Origin: Saccostrea cucullata | Taxonomy: Eukaryota | Length of the DNA stretch: 64,000 bases | Assembly: GCF_032062105.1 (NCBI RefSeq) | Contig: NW_026932690.1 | Location: 124,001 to 188,000 of the forward strand | Direction: 5' to 3' | Translations under genes and position numbers: made by a program | Notes under the pieces: model-generated | Told to the model about the DNA's origin: nothing | The model's database searches: none | Seen by the model: only the letters and a program-made list of their open reading frames with translations | In this document: one piece after another, positions 37,771 to 50,835 of the stretch | Layout of the letters: each line of letters starts with the position of its first letter | How positions within the stretch are numbered: position 1 is the stretch's first letter

Positions 37771-40700
37771 ATGCGTCCCGCGGGAGCCCTCTTTTTGTAT
37801 AGCTTGTGTTTGATTATTTTTCCTGTTGTTCGAGGCCAGATTGACACGAGTATCTGTATTCCTGTCACCAATACTTCGGGTAAGGAACAACTATAGGTGA
37901 AGTGTGGCGAAGCAAACACCACTCAACTTTAATAATTTCGTATGATGTATATCAGTATTCACTTCTAAACGAAACTGATGCGTTTAGTTTTTGGGGAAAA
38001 AATACTGTAAAAAGAGGACTGAATAAACAGACAAACGAACGGATTTTGGACACAGTACTTTCTCATTAGCTTCTCTTGTCTCTTACCAGGAAGGCTAAAA
38101 ATGAACATTTTTTAAAAACTGTTTGGCGTTGGAAAGTCAGACTACATAGTATATTTTTTCCTAAAATAAGGACTTTGTATATTCTTATGAAATTGTAAAT
38201 TAAATGTGTTTTAATTTGAGCATTGGTAGAATTACATGTATATTGATTAGTTAATGTACTAATCATTTCATCACAGAGTACCAACAATGCATATAATTCC
38301 AGGAAAAATGTTAAAACACAATTCATGTACTGCAGTATATTGTCGAGCAGAGAGTCAATCGAAAGACGTGCAAAATATATTACATTTGAAAAAATGCAGT
38401 TCATATTAATATATAAAACTTACGCGATAAGAAGAAATCTTAAATTGGTTATAAGTTAAGTAATAATGCACTGTAAATATCAATATACCGTATTTTATAA
38501 TTACGAACAGATGACTACAAATGCATAAAGGACAAGATCTGATAACAATGGAATCCCCCCCCCCCCGTTTGGCATTAAAAAATTAACACACTAGGTAAAT
38601 GTTGTGATAGTGTCCAATAAAAAATAAAATGTAGGTTCTTTCATGACTACAACTATGAGTTGCCTTTTCTTCAATGTTTTTTTTTTCCTGAACAAGATGT
38701 GCTTTTTAAAAATGGATGGAATTTTGAATTTAAAAAAATGAGAATTTTTAATTAAAAAATAAGAAATTTTGGACATTCATTTGGAAATTCCTTTGAACTC
38801 TGTGTTTCCTGTCAATAATTCTTATTTTCAGTGATGTCATTTCGAATGTGTCCTTAGAAAGACTGATAAACAAAGGACCAAAAAGAAGTATTAGTCATGA
38901 TCAATCTTGTCCTTTCCACATGTTTAGAACTCTTTGGTGTGCAGTGAATACATGTCCTAATATATCAATGAATGCGTGACAAAATAAAGTTCTACTTCTG
39001 CAGATGCCTCTCCACTACCTGCATTATCGCCTTCCTATTCTACGACAGTGGAATGGAAGTTATTACATAACAACAGCACTGTCAGTATTGAGGAATACGT
39101 CATAGGAATGGAGAAGTTGAGCAGTATACGAATTACACAGGAAGGTCATACGTCACGGATTATATATGATGAAAACGCTCAAGAATATACAGAAATTGAT
39201 ATTGTAAATAGTGAGTAAAATTGTTTGAAATAAAGGCTGCGAATATAGAAATACGAGAAATGCATATTTAAAATTTACTCTTTTTATTTGTTTAAATAAG
39301 AGATGTCACATGGTATTTGATTTTTTTTTTCAGGTAAATGTAAAACACACAAATATATTCTTGATGATGTTTTATTTGGAAAAGAAATTTGGAAATCAAC
39401 AACAAAACAGTTATACGATATATTTAAACAATCCATTACTGTAAGTAAAAAAAATCATTAATGCAATATTTTGAACTGTTATTTTTATGGACATTTTCAA
39501 TTGTACATAAAATAATAAATGTACCTGTAATTTCATATGTTATTCAGGCATGTAATCAAAAATGCAAGCGAATGTCACTTTTACATAGCTAGGTACATGT
39601 AAATGAAATACAGAGGTTGAAGATATGTGTAACAAACAGTGATCGATCTCTAAAAAAAATATACAAAAATGCATATCTTTGAACATAAACAACATATCCT
39701 TCGAAATTTCCTAGGGTTCAGGCGCCTAGGAGGAGGGAGTATTCCATGCCGAGTCACACTTACTGTTAGACATACGTATTGATAGGGAAGACGACATAAT
39801 CCGTTGTCAAATAAAGTAGAAAACAAAGATCGAACAATTTATTTTAAAAACATGTATGTCAGTCACAATTAATAGAATCCAATAATTTTTAGTATTTGCT
39901 AACTTTTTAACTAAAATAGAATTCACGAAATGCTGACTTAAATCATGGTTGTTCAAATTATCTGTCAGTAGCCCATCTAGGTGTTAAAATTCTATCGATC
40001 TCAGAGCATGCTCAAAGTTGGGACACATAAAGTATCATGCAAATACATGTAATAGTTAAGACGACTGGGTGGTTGTGGCCATTTTTAGAACGTAAGTGTT
40101 TACTGCGAATTAGCTCGCTTAGCGTTCACAAGGAGAATTTAATGCGAATTAGTTTAATTCGAATTAGTTTTCTGCGCATTAAATTACTTCGCATTAGCTC
40201 CGTGTGAACGCTAAGCGAAGCTATATCAAATTCTGACGCATGCGTAATGGCAAAATTTTAAATGCCACTTGTCGGTGGTCAGCTATAGGTGCATGTGCTA
40301 TTTTTGAGTGAAAAACTATGGAAAATTTTGTTAATCATCAAAATGTGCATACAGACACTTTGCCATTATGTCAAACGGATCACAGGGGCCGGTAAAATAC
40401 TGTTTTTGATTTTACGTAATCAATATATATATATATATACAAATCTTTTTGTAAACATATAGTGATTACGTAAAATCAAATACAGTATGTTACAGGCCCC
40501 TGTGAAACGGATCTGCTTCTGCATAAGGTGACGTGATCTGCAAATGACGTCATGATAGCCGTGCTGACGCCGGGCTGCAGAAGTAAAATTTTAATTCGCA
40601 TTAGTTTACTTCGAATTAGCTGTCGTGTGAACGCAATTTAATTCGCATTATTTTAATTCGCATTAGTTTACTTCGCATTAATTTACTGCGAATTAAACTC

Positions 40701-43700
40701 TCCGTGTGAACAGGGCATAATAGTAAAGAAATTTGGGTGGTTGTGGCCATTTTTAGACTATATTGATCGATCTCCTTTAGAAGATGAGCTCCATATAAAG
40801 ATATACAAAATTGATCAAATTTTAAAACTAAAATGTATAAAATTTTTCTTTGCAAAATGATTGTTGAAAGCTTAAGATATCAAATCCTATAAAAAAAAAA
40901 TAAGGTGAATCTGATGGTTATGTTGAATTAAAACCAAGTTTTAAAAAATACAGTTTTAAGTAGAACCATTTCAAGCTTAGTTTGGACTTTCAATAAGGCG
41001 TGGCATTCTCGGCGCTACATATTTACCGCCTGTCAAATGGCGAATAGATTCTCATTGGTTAAGAAATTGATAACATCAGGAACTTTAAATTGTTGTTGAC
41101 AACGATTCGGGAATTTCTATCCCATGTATATTTCAACAGTGATGAAAAAAACTGTCTAAATTTCAGAGGTTAATACCAGGTATATGTAACGTCGAGAATG
41201 CTGCGCCTTACTGAAAGTCCAAACTAAGCTGGGGATGGTCCTAATATTAGCAATGTTAACTTGTTTGGTTTTAGGTAAACCAAGGAACTCAGTTCATCAG
41301 ATCAACAGTTGTCCAGACCTGGACAACGTGTGTCTATTTATTCCAGTACAACGTCACGATGGATGCTACTCTTTATTTTGCAGGTTAGTGTCCAATGTTT
41401 ACAATTAACAACTTGTTGAGCAATTGTTTAATCTTCTTGATGCTAGTATCGTGCATGTTTAATATTTGAATCAATTTTAATGAGACAAAATACTTTGATG
41501 TATTTTCAATTTGGATTATCCCCCAGCTGAAGGATGGCCGATGCCATTCGCGGCCCCCGATGCTATGGTTCCAGTACGGTTAGAACTCCGGGGGTCCTAC
41601 AACAATAACGAGACCAGATTCCACGCCGTGGGGGATTACGTCAACTTCCTCCCCTCCCCTCCCTCAGATCTTGACAGCGTCCAGGTAGTTAGTCATAAAT
41701 CTCAATTTTGTTTCAGGGACGTAGCAACAGGGGGGGGGCCAGGGGGGGCTGCCCCCCCCCCCACTTTTTTTGCCAAAAATACTTTTACTTTTTAAATTGT
41801 TCTTTTAAAGGCTGGTTGCCCCCCCCCCCCCCCCACTTTATACGAAAGTAAAGTACAGTGAAATATCATTATCTCGAAACAAAGAAAAGTTCAACGATGT
41901 CCCGTTTTTTTATATCTTCATGCGTAACACTATCCTGTATTACAAAACATGCAGTCTTTATGGTAAAGTCTCAGGCATATGCACAAAAAATATTAAGAAA
42001 AACAATGTTGTTGTTTTCTTTGTCGTGTATAATTGTAAAACAATTTAATATGCATGCCTTATTGCATATTCAGCGAATTTACATTTTCCAGGCCATGCTT
42101 ACGTGGTCAAACGGGAGGTATCATTAGCGTTATAGTTGAAGAACCTTCTGTAAGAAAATAAAAATTTTTTAAAAACATAATTTGATGAAATTTAGTGAAA
42201 AATGTTTTTAAAAAAATAATCAGTATTCAAACTGTGTACTTGATATTAATAGCTTACATGTATAACATTACGAAGTACTACTAAGGAACACATAGTTTAC
42301 GAAACTAACAATGCAAATGGCGGTCAAGGTTATCTATTTATACGCAGATAAACATGAATGTAATCAATCACTGTGCGTTATGCACTGCAACTTAACTGTT
42401 TAAGTTTGTTGTGAAATATATTTTTGTTTTATGAATTTAGGAATTTAATTATACAGAGCATATTTATTAAATGCAATATCGGTAATTTAATTTCTGAGTT
42501 GCTGTGAAGTGGTTTGTTTTATCGGTCGTAGACTATACCAAACACCCAAGCTGTCAAACCAATTAACCTGTTACAAATACCCGACATCAACATGAGCTTG
42601 GGATTAATTAAGATTCCCCAAGTTTGAAGGTGTAATTAATAGCCACTGCCGAGAGTGTGTGAAGTCACGACGCCATGTGTGTTCAGTAGACCGAAAAATT
42701 CACTGCACTTCGAGATAAGCCAGGGGCTCGTAACATAAAGCTTGCTAAGTTTTTGACTTAAGTAGGGTCGTAAGTACGGTTTAGGCACAATCTTAGGACC
42801 TGTCTAAGTACTGCTTAAGTATGTCTTAAACCGTAACATAAAGCGAACTAAGCTAGGTCCTAGCTAAGTCAGACTTATGTTAAAAATATTTCACATGAGT
42901 CAACCTATAGTTTTTGATTTTATATAGATATATTGCTAAATGTGATTCAGTTAGGGTTTTAATTAATTACATATTAAAGTTGACGTCCTTACCTATCGGT
43001 TTAAGTTATGTTAGATTAGATTTCGTATTAAAATTATAATTATATTGTAAACTATTCGGAATGTTTGAAAACAAATACTGCACGGTCAGAAGGAGGCGAA
43101 TTGTGATTCATTGTAAATGTTCACGACAATTGTTTTATATCACCTGAGGTGTTTTCAGTTTACCTCTTGTAACTCTTTTGTTTTGATAAATGTTCACTTA
43201 CCCTGTTATTATCGCAGACAAGAAAAGATAACCGACCGCCTATTCACTTGAAATTGATACTCTAAAAAGTTCGATACATTTTGAATCCCGGCTATGTATA
43301 ATGCCACGTATGTCAGAAGCAAAAAATGCAGAAGTTTAATGATATACTTACAATCAAGGTTACAAAACAAAAATCGGGATATTTCTATAACCGAAGTCCT
43401 ACTAATTTCAGACATATCCCTAAAATTAAATTTTGTATTTACATGTATGCTAGCGCTGTGCTGTGCTGTGAGTGAAATTGGGATCAGTGATCACCCCACC
43501 CCCTCCCAACGAAAAAATAAAATTCTTAAATCAGCGTCAAATATAGATAATTATTTTCTTTAATGCATAATATGAATAGAGGAAACTTTAAACATCGAAA
43601 GTCAACATTAAATAATTCTAAATATATGTACAAGAAAGTTAAGATATACTTAAGTCACCTCTACCGGCCGCCTAAGTTTTGCTAAGATTGCCAAATCTAA

Positions 43701-43824
43701 GTACGCTTCTAGTTACGGTCTTAAGTTTTAGACTGTACTTAAGTCCTACTTAAGCACGGTCTAAGACTTAAGTAGCCTTTATGTTACGACCCCCAGGTAA
43801 AAAAGGGCTTCGGACTTTGAATAT

Positions 43825-43856
<32 letters not shown>

Positions 43857-43951
43857 GTGTTCGAGATATCAGGTGTTTTTTGAATCATATATAGAGAGAA
43901 AACGGCCGGGACCGGCGACTGACTTCGACATAAGCAGGGTATTCGAGATAT

Positions 43952-43982
<31 letters not shown>

Positions 43983-46900
43983 ATATGAAGGAAATATAAT
44001 ATTGTAAGCTTAAAAAAATGGATATCGAAAGGAATTGGTACTGGAAAAAGTTTGCCTCTTAACCCCCCCCCCCCCCCCCCCCCACGAAATAGGATTTTGG
44101 GCAATTTTCCTTTCCTTTTTTTTTTTTTTTGCTTGTCAACTTTTTCAGGTAAGTGAAAAAAAAAATTTCTGTGGCTGCCCCCCCCCCACTTTCAATATCG
44201 ATGCTACGTGCCTGTGTTTTCAATTTTGGAGCGAAATTTCATTCATACAGAATTAATAATAGGAAATAGGAAAACCTTATGTTGGATATCTATAGATTTG
44301 ATATTCAACAGAAATTTCCTCGACTCTATAAACAGACTCATTCTTATAATATAAACTGTTTATACTTAATAATTCATCGCATTTTTATTAGAGTTTTTTC
44401 TTTGTTAATATATAGACAGAGCCGGGTATGTTCTGCGCTGGGAAAGATATTGGAAAGCCTATGCTGCCTGTTCCAAGCGACTTCTCAGCAGTCATAGAAC
44501 GGGTCAACACGCATGACAAACAAGTCACGTTCGAAACGGTAAATCGTATTTCCCTTCCGTTATCCCTGATTTCTTAATGCTATTTGTTGTTGTTGTTTTT
44601 GTAGTTTCTTATGTTTCTGGTTTGCTTCAGATCTGGTTTGATTCCCAAAGGAAGTTTGTACGATATGAGACAAAGTCAGCCGGCGGCGACGATACTGATC
44701 CCTCCAAGATCGTGTTCGATTTTCATGACGGTATTCATACATTTTAGTCGCAGCTAGGACATATGGGAATTTTCATTGTACAAAAATTGACCACTTTAAA
44801 GACTAATTAAATTTCTTTATAAGCTTCAAGAATAATTAGAGGTCCATCAACTATGTTTCCCATATGAACCCTAATGTTTATATTTTTAACAAACCTTTGT
44901 GTTTCTTTCCCCCAAGGTGTTCGATACTCTATGGACCCTTATACTGGTGCGTGCGATCCTGTGACGGTTATTGAAAGGGGAGATAAGTTTGTCGATCAGA
45001 CAGCGGTACCTGGGACCCGGATACAAATGCAGAATTCTTTAGATTTCTTTAAGATTCAAAACGCCACCATTCAGTATGTTGGAAAGGCAAGAACTTATTT
45101 TTTTTCACTTTACCCAGAAAAAAATCACTTGGGTTCCTTTCGCTTATTTTTTCTGATTACCATTCTTTGGTCTGCCGACACTTGAACAATTTCTTTCGAT
45201 AGAAAAAAATGTTTTCAAGTGTATCGAATATATTATTTGTAAATAATAAAATATCGTATAATGCTAATATAATTACTGTATGATGTTTCAGAGATACACA
45301 AGAAAAATATTCTGTGATGTGTGGATCGGGCTGTATTATGATTTAAATATAGGACAAAACCAAACCGTGGAGTGGTATTTCCTGGGAGTAAGTTCTATAA
45401 ATAACTACATGTAAACTCTGGGGAGTATTGTATTAACCGGGGAGGGGGTTAATATATAAACAATATGGTAAAATACGTAGTCAGAAATGAAAGTTCAATA
45501 AATTACAATTAATGGTGAAGCATGTCTTTGTTATACTGATCGAGTACACCCGCCGTATTTTTTTTCTAAAGGAGGGGTGGCAGGAGGGAATCGGTACGTC
45601 CATCACCCCCGGGAGTCTGGTCAGGTTTGATGTGTGGGCGGTGAGTACAGTTCTAATATTTGGTTAAATTGTCTCTGTTTTTTTAATTGTTTGGTTTTGC
45701 TTTTGTTTTTTCTTTCTTGTTTTGTTTTCGTTTTTGATGGTGTCAATTTTTGTTTAGTTTAAAGTTACATTTATTTTAACATCAAATCTTTGTTTGAGAA
45801 ATGTTATGTACACCTTCATGTAATTCATGACCACTGAAAGTCTGTAATTTTTACTTTGAATTCAAAATAAGATTTCCAATTGTGAACCAGTATAATTATC
45901 AGATAAGATCAGAGTTCAGATCGTCAATCTCAGACTAACTTCGTTGTATTTGAAAACTTACAGGAGAATTCGGATTTCGCCATCATTCATAATGTACACA
46001 AACTGAACCCCTCCACTCCGTATCTCTCCTCCTTCGACATTGGACCCTGCTTCCCGGGAAATCAAAGGCAAAACTTTGTCATCAAGTTCATGGGTAAACC
46101 ATTTTCTTACTAATTGATGATTTACAAAATTGATCAAAATTGTGCAAAATTGCAACAGAATTTTTTTTTGGAAATTTTTTAGCCGATGCTGAATATCACT
46201 TTGAAATTATATTTTTATTTCTTGATATATTTTTTTTATGTTAACAGCGAGTGGTCTGGACTTGACTCAAGTCAGTCAGTACTACATCACAGACCAGATA
46301 CAAGAAATCCTCACTACGCAGGCGCAACTAGACAACCTCAGATTCAGCAATGTAGCGGTAATGTTAATCTCAGATTCAGTATTATAGCAGCACTGTTAAT
46401 CTCAGATTCAGCAATGTACAGTAGTGGTAATGTAACCTCAGATTCAGCAATGTAGCGGTAATGTTAATCTCAGTTTCAGCAATGTAGCGGTAAATACATC
46501 TTCGCTAGCCAAGGGTGACGATCCGCTCCTCTCCTCGTGAAAAATGGATAGGAGCAGATTGTCACCCTTGGCTAGCGAAGATGCGGTAAATAATGTTAAT
46601 CTCAGATTCAGCAATGTAGCAGTAATGTTAACCTCAGATTCAGCAATGTAGCGGTAATGTTAACCTTAGATTCAGCAATGTAGCTTTAATGTTAATCTCA
46701 GATTCAGCAATGTAGCGGTAATGTTAATCTCAGATTCAGCAATGTAGCTTTAATGTTAATCTCAGATTCAGCAATGTAGCGGTAATGTTAACCTCAGATT
46801 CAGCAATGTAGCTTTAATGTTAATCTCAGATTCAGCAATGTAGTGGTAATGTTAATCTCAGATTCAGCAATGTAGCGGTAATGTTAACCTTAGATTCAGC

Positions 46901-49900
46901 AATGTAGCTTTAATGTTAATCTCAGATTCAGCAATGTAGCGGTAATGATTAATCTCAGATTCAGCAATGTAGCGGTAATGTTAACCTCAGATTCAGCAAT
47001 GTAGCTTTAATGTTAATCTCAGATTCAGCAATGTAGCAGTAATGTTAATCTCAGATTCAGCAATGTGCAGTAGTGGTAATGTAACCTCAGATTCAGCAAT
47101 GTAGCTTTAATGTTAATCTCAGATTCAGTATTATAGCAGCAATGTTAATCTCAGATTCAGCAATGTGCAGTAATGGTAATGTAACCTCAGATTCAGCAAT
47201 GTAGCGGTAATGTTAATCTCAGATTCAGCAATGTAGCGGTAAATAATGTTAATCTCAGATTCAGCAATGTAGCAGTAATGTTAACCTCAGATTCAGCAAT
47301 GTAGCTTTAATGTTAACCTCAGATTCAGTATTATAGCAGCAATGTTAATCTCAGATTCAGCAATGTGCAGTAGTGGTAATGTAACCTCAGATTCAGCAAT
47401 GTAGCTTTAATGTTAATCTCAGATTCAGCAATGTAGCGGTAATGATAATGTCAGATTCAGTAATGTAGCGGTAATGATAATGTCAGATTCAGTAATGTAG
47501 CTTTAATGTTAATCTCAGATTCAGCAATGTAGCGGTAATAATAATGTCAGATTCAGTATTGTAGCTTTAATGTTAATCTCAGATTCAGTAATGTAGCTTT
47601 AATGTTAATCTCAGATTCAGCAATGTAGCAGTAATGATAATGTCAGATTCAGTAATATAGCGGTAATGATAATGTCAGATTCAGGATTGTAGCAGTAATG
47701 ATAATGTCAGATTCAGTAATGTAGCAGTAATGATAATGTCAGATTCAGTAATGTAGCAGTAATGATAATGTCAGAATCAGTAATGTAGCGGTAATGATAA
47801 TGTCAGATTCAGCAACATTGCGGTAATGATGACGTCAATTTCAGTAATGTAGCGGTAATGTTAAACTCAGGTTCAGCAATGTAGCGGTAATGTTAAACTC
47901 AGATTCAGCAATGTAGCAGTAATGATAATGTCAGATTCAGTAATGTAGCGGTAATGTCAATATAAGATTCAGCAATGTTGCGGTAATGATAATCTCAGAT
48001 TCAGAAATGTAGCGGTAATGTTAATCTCAGATTCAGTATTAATGTAGCTTTAATGTTAATCTCAGGGTCAGCAATGTAGCAGTAATGATAATGTCAGATC
48101 CAGTAATGTAGCGGTAATGATGACGTCAATTTCAGTAATGTAGCGGTAATGTTAAACTCATATTCAGTTATGTAGCGGTAATGTTAATATCAGATTCAGT
48201 AATGTAGAGGTAATGTTAATCTCAGATTCAGTAATGTAGCGGTAATGATAACTTCTGATTCAGCAATGTAGCAGTAATGTTAACCCTTAGATTCAGTAAT
48301 GTAGCGGTAATGATAACTTCTGATTCAGCAATGTAGCGGTAATGTTGACTTCATGTTCAGCATTGTAACGGTAATGTACCGAACTGGGTTCCACAATAAC
48401 CCTATCAATACTGGAAAGTGGAGAAATTCTCCCAACCGTGGGCAGACAATTTTGCGACTTAAATCGCACCTTATTTGCGGTACGAGACTTATCACACAGA
48501 TGGTCAAAAACCAATATATAGAACCATAAAGCTTAAGTGCTGCAGCTAGGTTTTATAGGGGCGTGGGTTCTGATTTGAAAGTCTTCAAAATGCAGTGACT
48601 GATACTTTTACCTAGATGTGTTTTTCCTCCAACAGTTTGACAATCTTGGTTACAACCAGTGGTACTTCAGTGGCGTGCTGCTGGATAAATCCCCCGTAGA
48701 TAACCCCAATATCTACCCCCCACCTCTGATGAAGGAGCCACTCAGTAGCGCCTTTGGTTTCCTCACGGGGTTTGTAGACACGCCGTGGGTGTACAACACA
48801 ACCGGACAAGTACGTTCATTTCTCTTTTTTATACAGCTACACATGTATATTGTAAAATAAGGACATAGGGCATATTATATAACCGACAATTATGGATTCT
48901 ACATATAACAAAGAGCCTTTTATCTTAAGTATGTAGAACATAAGGCAGTATGTCGAACTCTACCGAACTCTACTCTTCCGATGCCAACAATTGCAATATA
49001 TCCACTGCTTAATAGTTTTAGTTTGATATCAGAATAAGCCGGTGTCACTTACAGAAATACATGTACTATGACACTGTAGTCTGTTAGCAGTAACAGGAAC
49101 TTTAGAAAATTGGTTATTTTGGTCTTATTAGACCCCCCCTCAAAAAAAAAAAGATTTAGATATTCTTCAGTTATCTTTAAGTGGTATTTATCATATCTTG
49201 AAATATCTATAAATTTAATTATAGCAATATCTGAAGATTTGTTCAACATTTTATGTGGAATAAGAAACAATTTATTCAGTTAAAATGATAGATCTCGTCA
49301 AGGACTTTTCCTAAATATTTTATAACCAATTGGAACATGAGCAGACATGTACTTCTAAATTTTGAAAATTATAACAGAGCTTCCAGTTGGTTGCCTTGGG
49401 GATCATTCCGCTCTACTACCCGGATGAGTTCACGACAACCACCACACTGCCGACGACAACCGGAACTTACCTTGTCCCGACCTTACCTGTCCTGACAAAG
49501 GGGACCACCTCTATACCCACACCACCGGCACCACCTACCGGGCCAACTCAGACAACCAAGGTCACCACAAAGTCGCCGGAGACACCCAAACCAACAACCC
49601 AACAAACGACCAAACAACCAACCAAACAAAGCCCAGGTGAGCGGTTTCCTCTTATGCTAGTATCGATCAATATATTTTGCCGTTAAAATTGTATATCAAT
49701 GGCTCTGTCAACCAGTTAAGTTAATAAAAATGGGATCTCGCTTTTGCTCTTTTACTGGTATTTTCATTGCTTTTATTGCTAGTACCAAGTTGCATGTATA
49801 TTGAATTCAGTTAATTAGATTTACTTGTATTTTATTCAGCAGGTCCTTGTAAATGTGCAACATGTCCTCCATCAACATGTCCGACTGTCACGTGTCCAGT

Positions 49901-50462
49901 GGTAACAAGGCCCAAGTCACAAACACCCAAGCCGTGTACTACCCAAGGGTGCAACTGTCCAAAGGTCACGTGTCCAAGACCCACACTCGGACCACCGAAA
50001 TGTCCGAAAGTCACCTGTCCAGTGACAACATTGAAACCAATGACGTCACCTTGCACTCCGAGTGTCGCCGGCGTTACCGCACTAAATAATGTTGGTGCGC
50101 AGTCGCAGCAATCAAGCAACGGTGTTTCTTCAGGTAGAATTTCTGTGAAATCGTTTTATGATATGTAAAGATTAAAGAATACATTTTTTTTAATTTCATT
50201 TTTTTCATGAAATAACTTGAACTGCAGCAACCAAGCCTTTGATTGGTTGACAATACAAAATATGATTTTCAAACTGATGGTTATTTTTTCCGTTACAGGT
50301 GGCGCTGTGGGTATTGCGTTTGCCTGTTTATTCTTGGGAGCCCTTATAGGTGCTGTCGTTCTGTATGTCTTTCAGAAAAAGTTTCCAAATGGATTCAGAA
50401 ACAGTGATGATGGATATTTAAATCCAGTTTTTGATGGAGAGTCGAATTATAACAAATACTAG
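37771..50462 (+). CDS. Type I membrane protein with tandem ependymin/LolA-like domains, Thr/Pro- and Cys-rich stalk, TM helix and NPxF tail, 791 aa
   Basis: 16 phase-consistent exons: 37771-37879, 39004-39210, 39334-39440, 41275-41383, 41527-41684, 44416-44538, 44631-44730, 44917-45086 (GC donor), 45292-45387, 45572-45640, 45964-46093, 46248-46357, 48636-48809, 49378-49636, 49843-50133 and 50299-50462. Signal peptide MRPAGALFLYSLCLIIFPVVRG; TM GAVGIAFACLFLGALIGAVVLYVF; AATAAA at 50521. The gene structure is well supported; the domain name is inferred. Confidence 0.8.
40100..40720. mobile_element. MITE with internal (TAATTCGCAT/TAATGCGAAT) repeats, PIF/Harbinger-like
   Basis: Inverted arrays GTTCACA.GGAG..TTTAATGCGAATTAG and TAATTCGCATTA..CTCCGTGTGAAC. 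Flanked by a 24-bp direct repeat TGGGTGGTTGTGGCCATTTTTAGA (40066 and 40734). Confidence 0.6.
40381..40504. mobile_element. 124-bp fold-back MITE with 8-bp TSD, nested in the preceding element
   Basis: Long TIRs CACAGGGGCC.GTAA.ATACTGT.TTTGATTTTACGTAATCA. TSD AAACGGAT at 40373-40380 and 40505-40512. Confidence 0.88.
40961..41243. mobile_element. MITE with ~65-bp imperfect TIRs
   Basis: AGCTTAGTTTGGACTTTTCAATAAGGCG.. at 40974 versus ..CGCCTTACTGAAAGTCCAAACTAAGCT ending 41230. Confidence 0.8.
41856..43980. mobile_element. Tc1/mariner (pogo/Tigger-like) MITE (middle element)
   Basis: TA|CAGTGAAATATCATTATCTCGAA versus TTCGAGATACTGATATTTACCTG|TA. Subterminal TTCGA(G/C)ATA repeats. Confidence 0.8.
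42724..43793. mobile_element. PIF/Harbinger-like MITE (inner element)
   Basis: TIRs GGGCTCGTAACATAAAG / CTTTATGTTACGACCCC. 3-bp TSD CAG (42721-42723 and 43794-43796). Many CTTAAG subterminal repeats. Confidence 0.85.
46334..48375. repeat. Minisatellite, ~32-bp unit (AA(C/T)CTCAGATTCAGCAATGTAGCGGTAATGTT), about 60 copies
   Basis: Directly visible. The first unit lies across the exon 46248-46357 / intron boundary. Confidence 0.97.
46497..46583. mobile_element. 87-bp MITE with 9-bp TSD (Mutator-like) inside the minisatellite
   Basis: TIR CATCTTCGCTAGCCAAGGGTGAC / GTCACCCTTGGCTAGCGAAGATG. TSD CGGTAAATA at 46488-46496 and 46584-46592. Confidence 0.92.
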
Positions 50463-50835
50463 GATCAATTACTCACAAACATTTTGTGCAATATTTTGCT
50501 ATGTTGTGTTTTTATATACAAATAAACTGTTATTTATTGTTTTACTTATAAAAGTATTTATCAAAGATGCTGGCAGTTGTTGTTTTATTGTACAAAGATT
50601 TTCAATTTTCACAGGTGTTATTTAAATGTTTTCAAAGATTCTGACAAGATTTCTTCATTAATGTTCTAACAGCTATTATTCAACTGGATAAAGATTCTGA
50701 TAGTTTGATAGCCTAGCTGATGCTAATCTTTCAAAGATTCTGTTACTAAACTGTACAAAGTTTCTGCTGGGTGTTTCAACTGTACAAAGTTTCTGTCGGG
50801 TGATATTTTGTCTAAACAAAGATTCTGATAGTTAT

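Larger units (their letters stand above)
41714..44214. mobile_element. hAT-like MITE with 5-bp TSD (outer element of a triple nest)
   Basis: TIRs CAGGGACGTAGCA / TGCTACGTGCCTG. TSD TGTTT at 41709-41713 and 44215-44219. Poly-G/poly-C subterminal tracts. Confidence 0.8.

Noticed and set aside
46334-48375. 32-bp repeats as CRISPR repeats or a coding repeat
   Set aside because: There are no spacers, the unit is not a multiple of 3, and stops are frequent. It is intronic.
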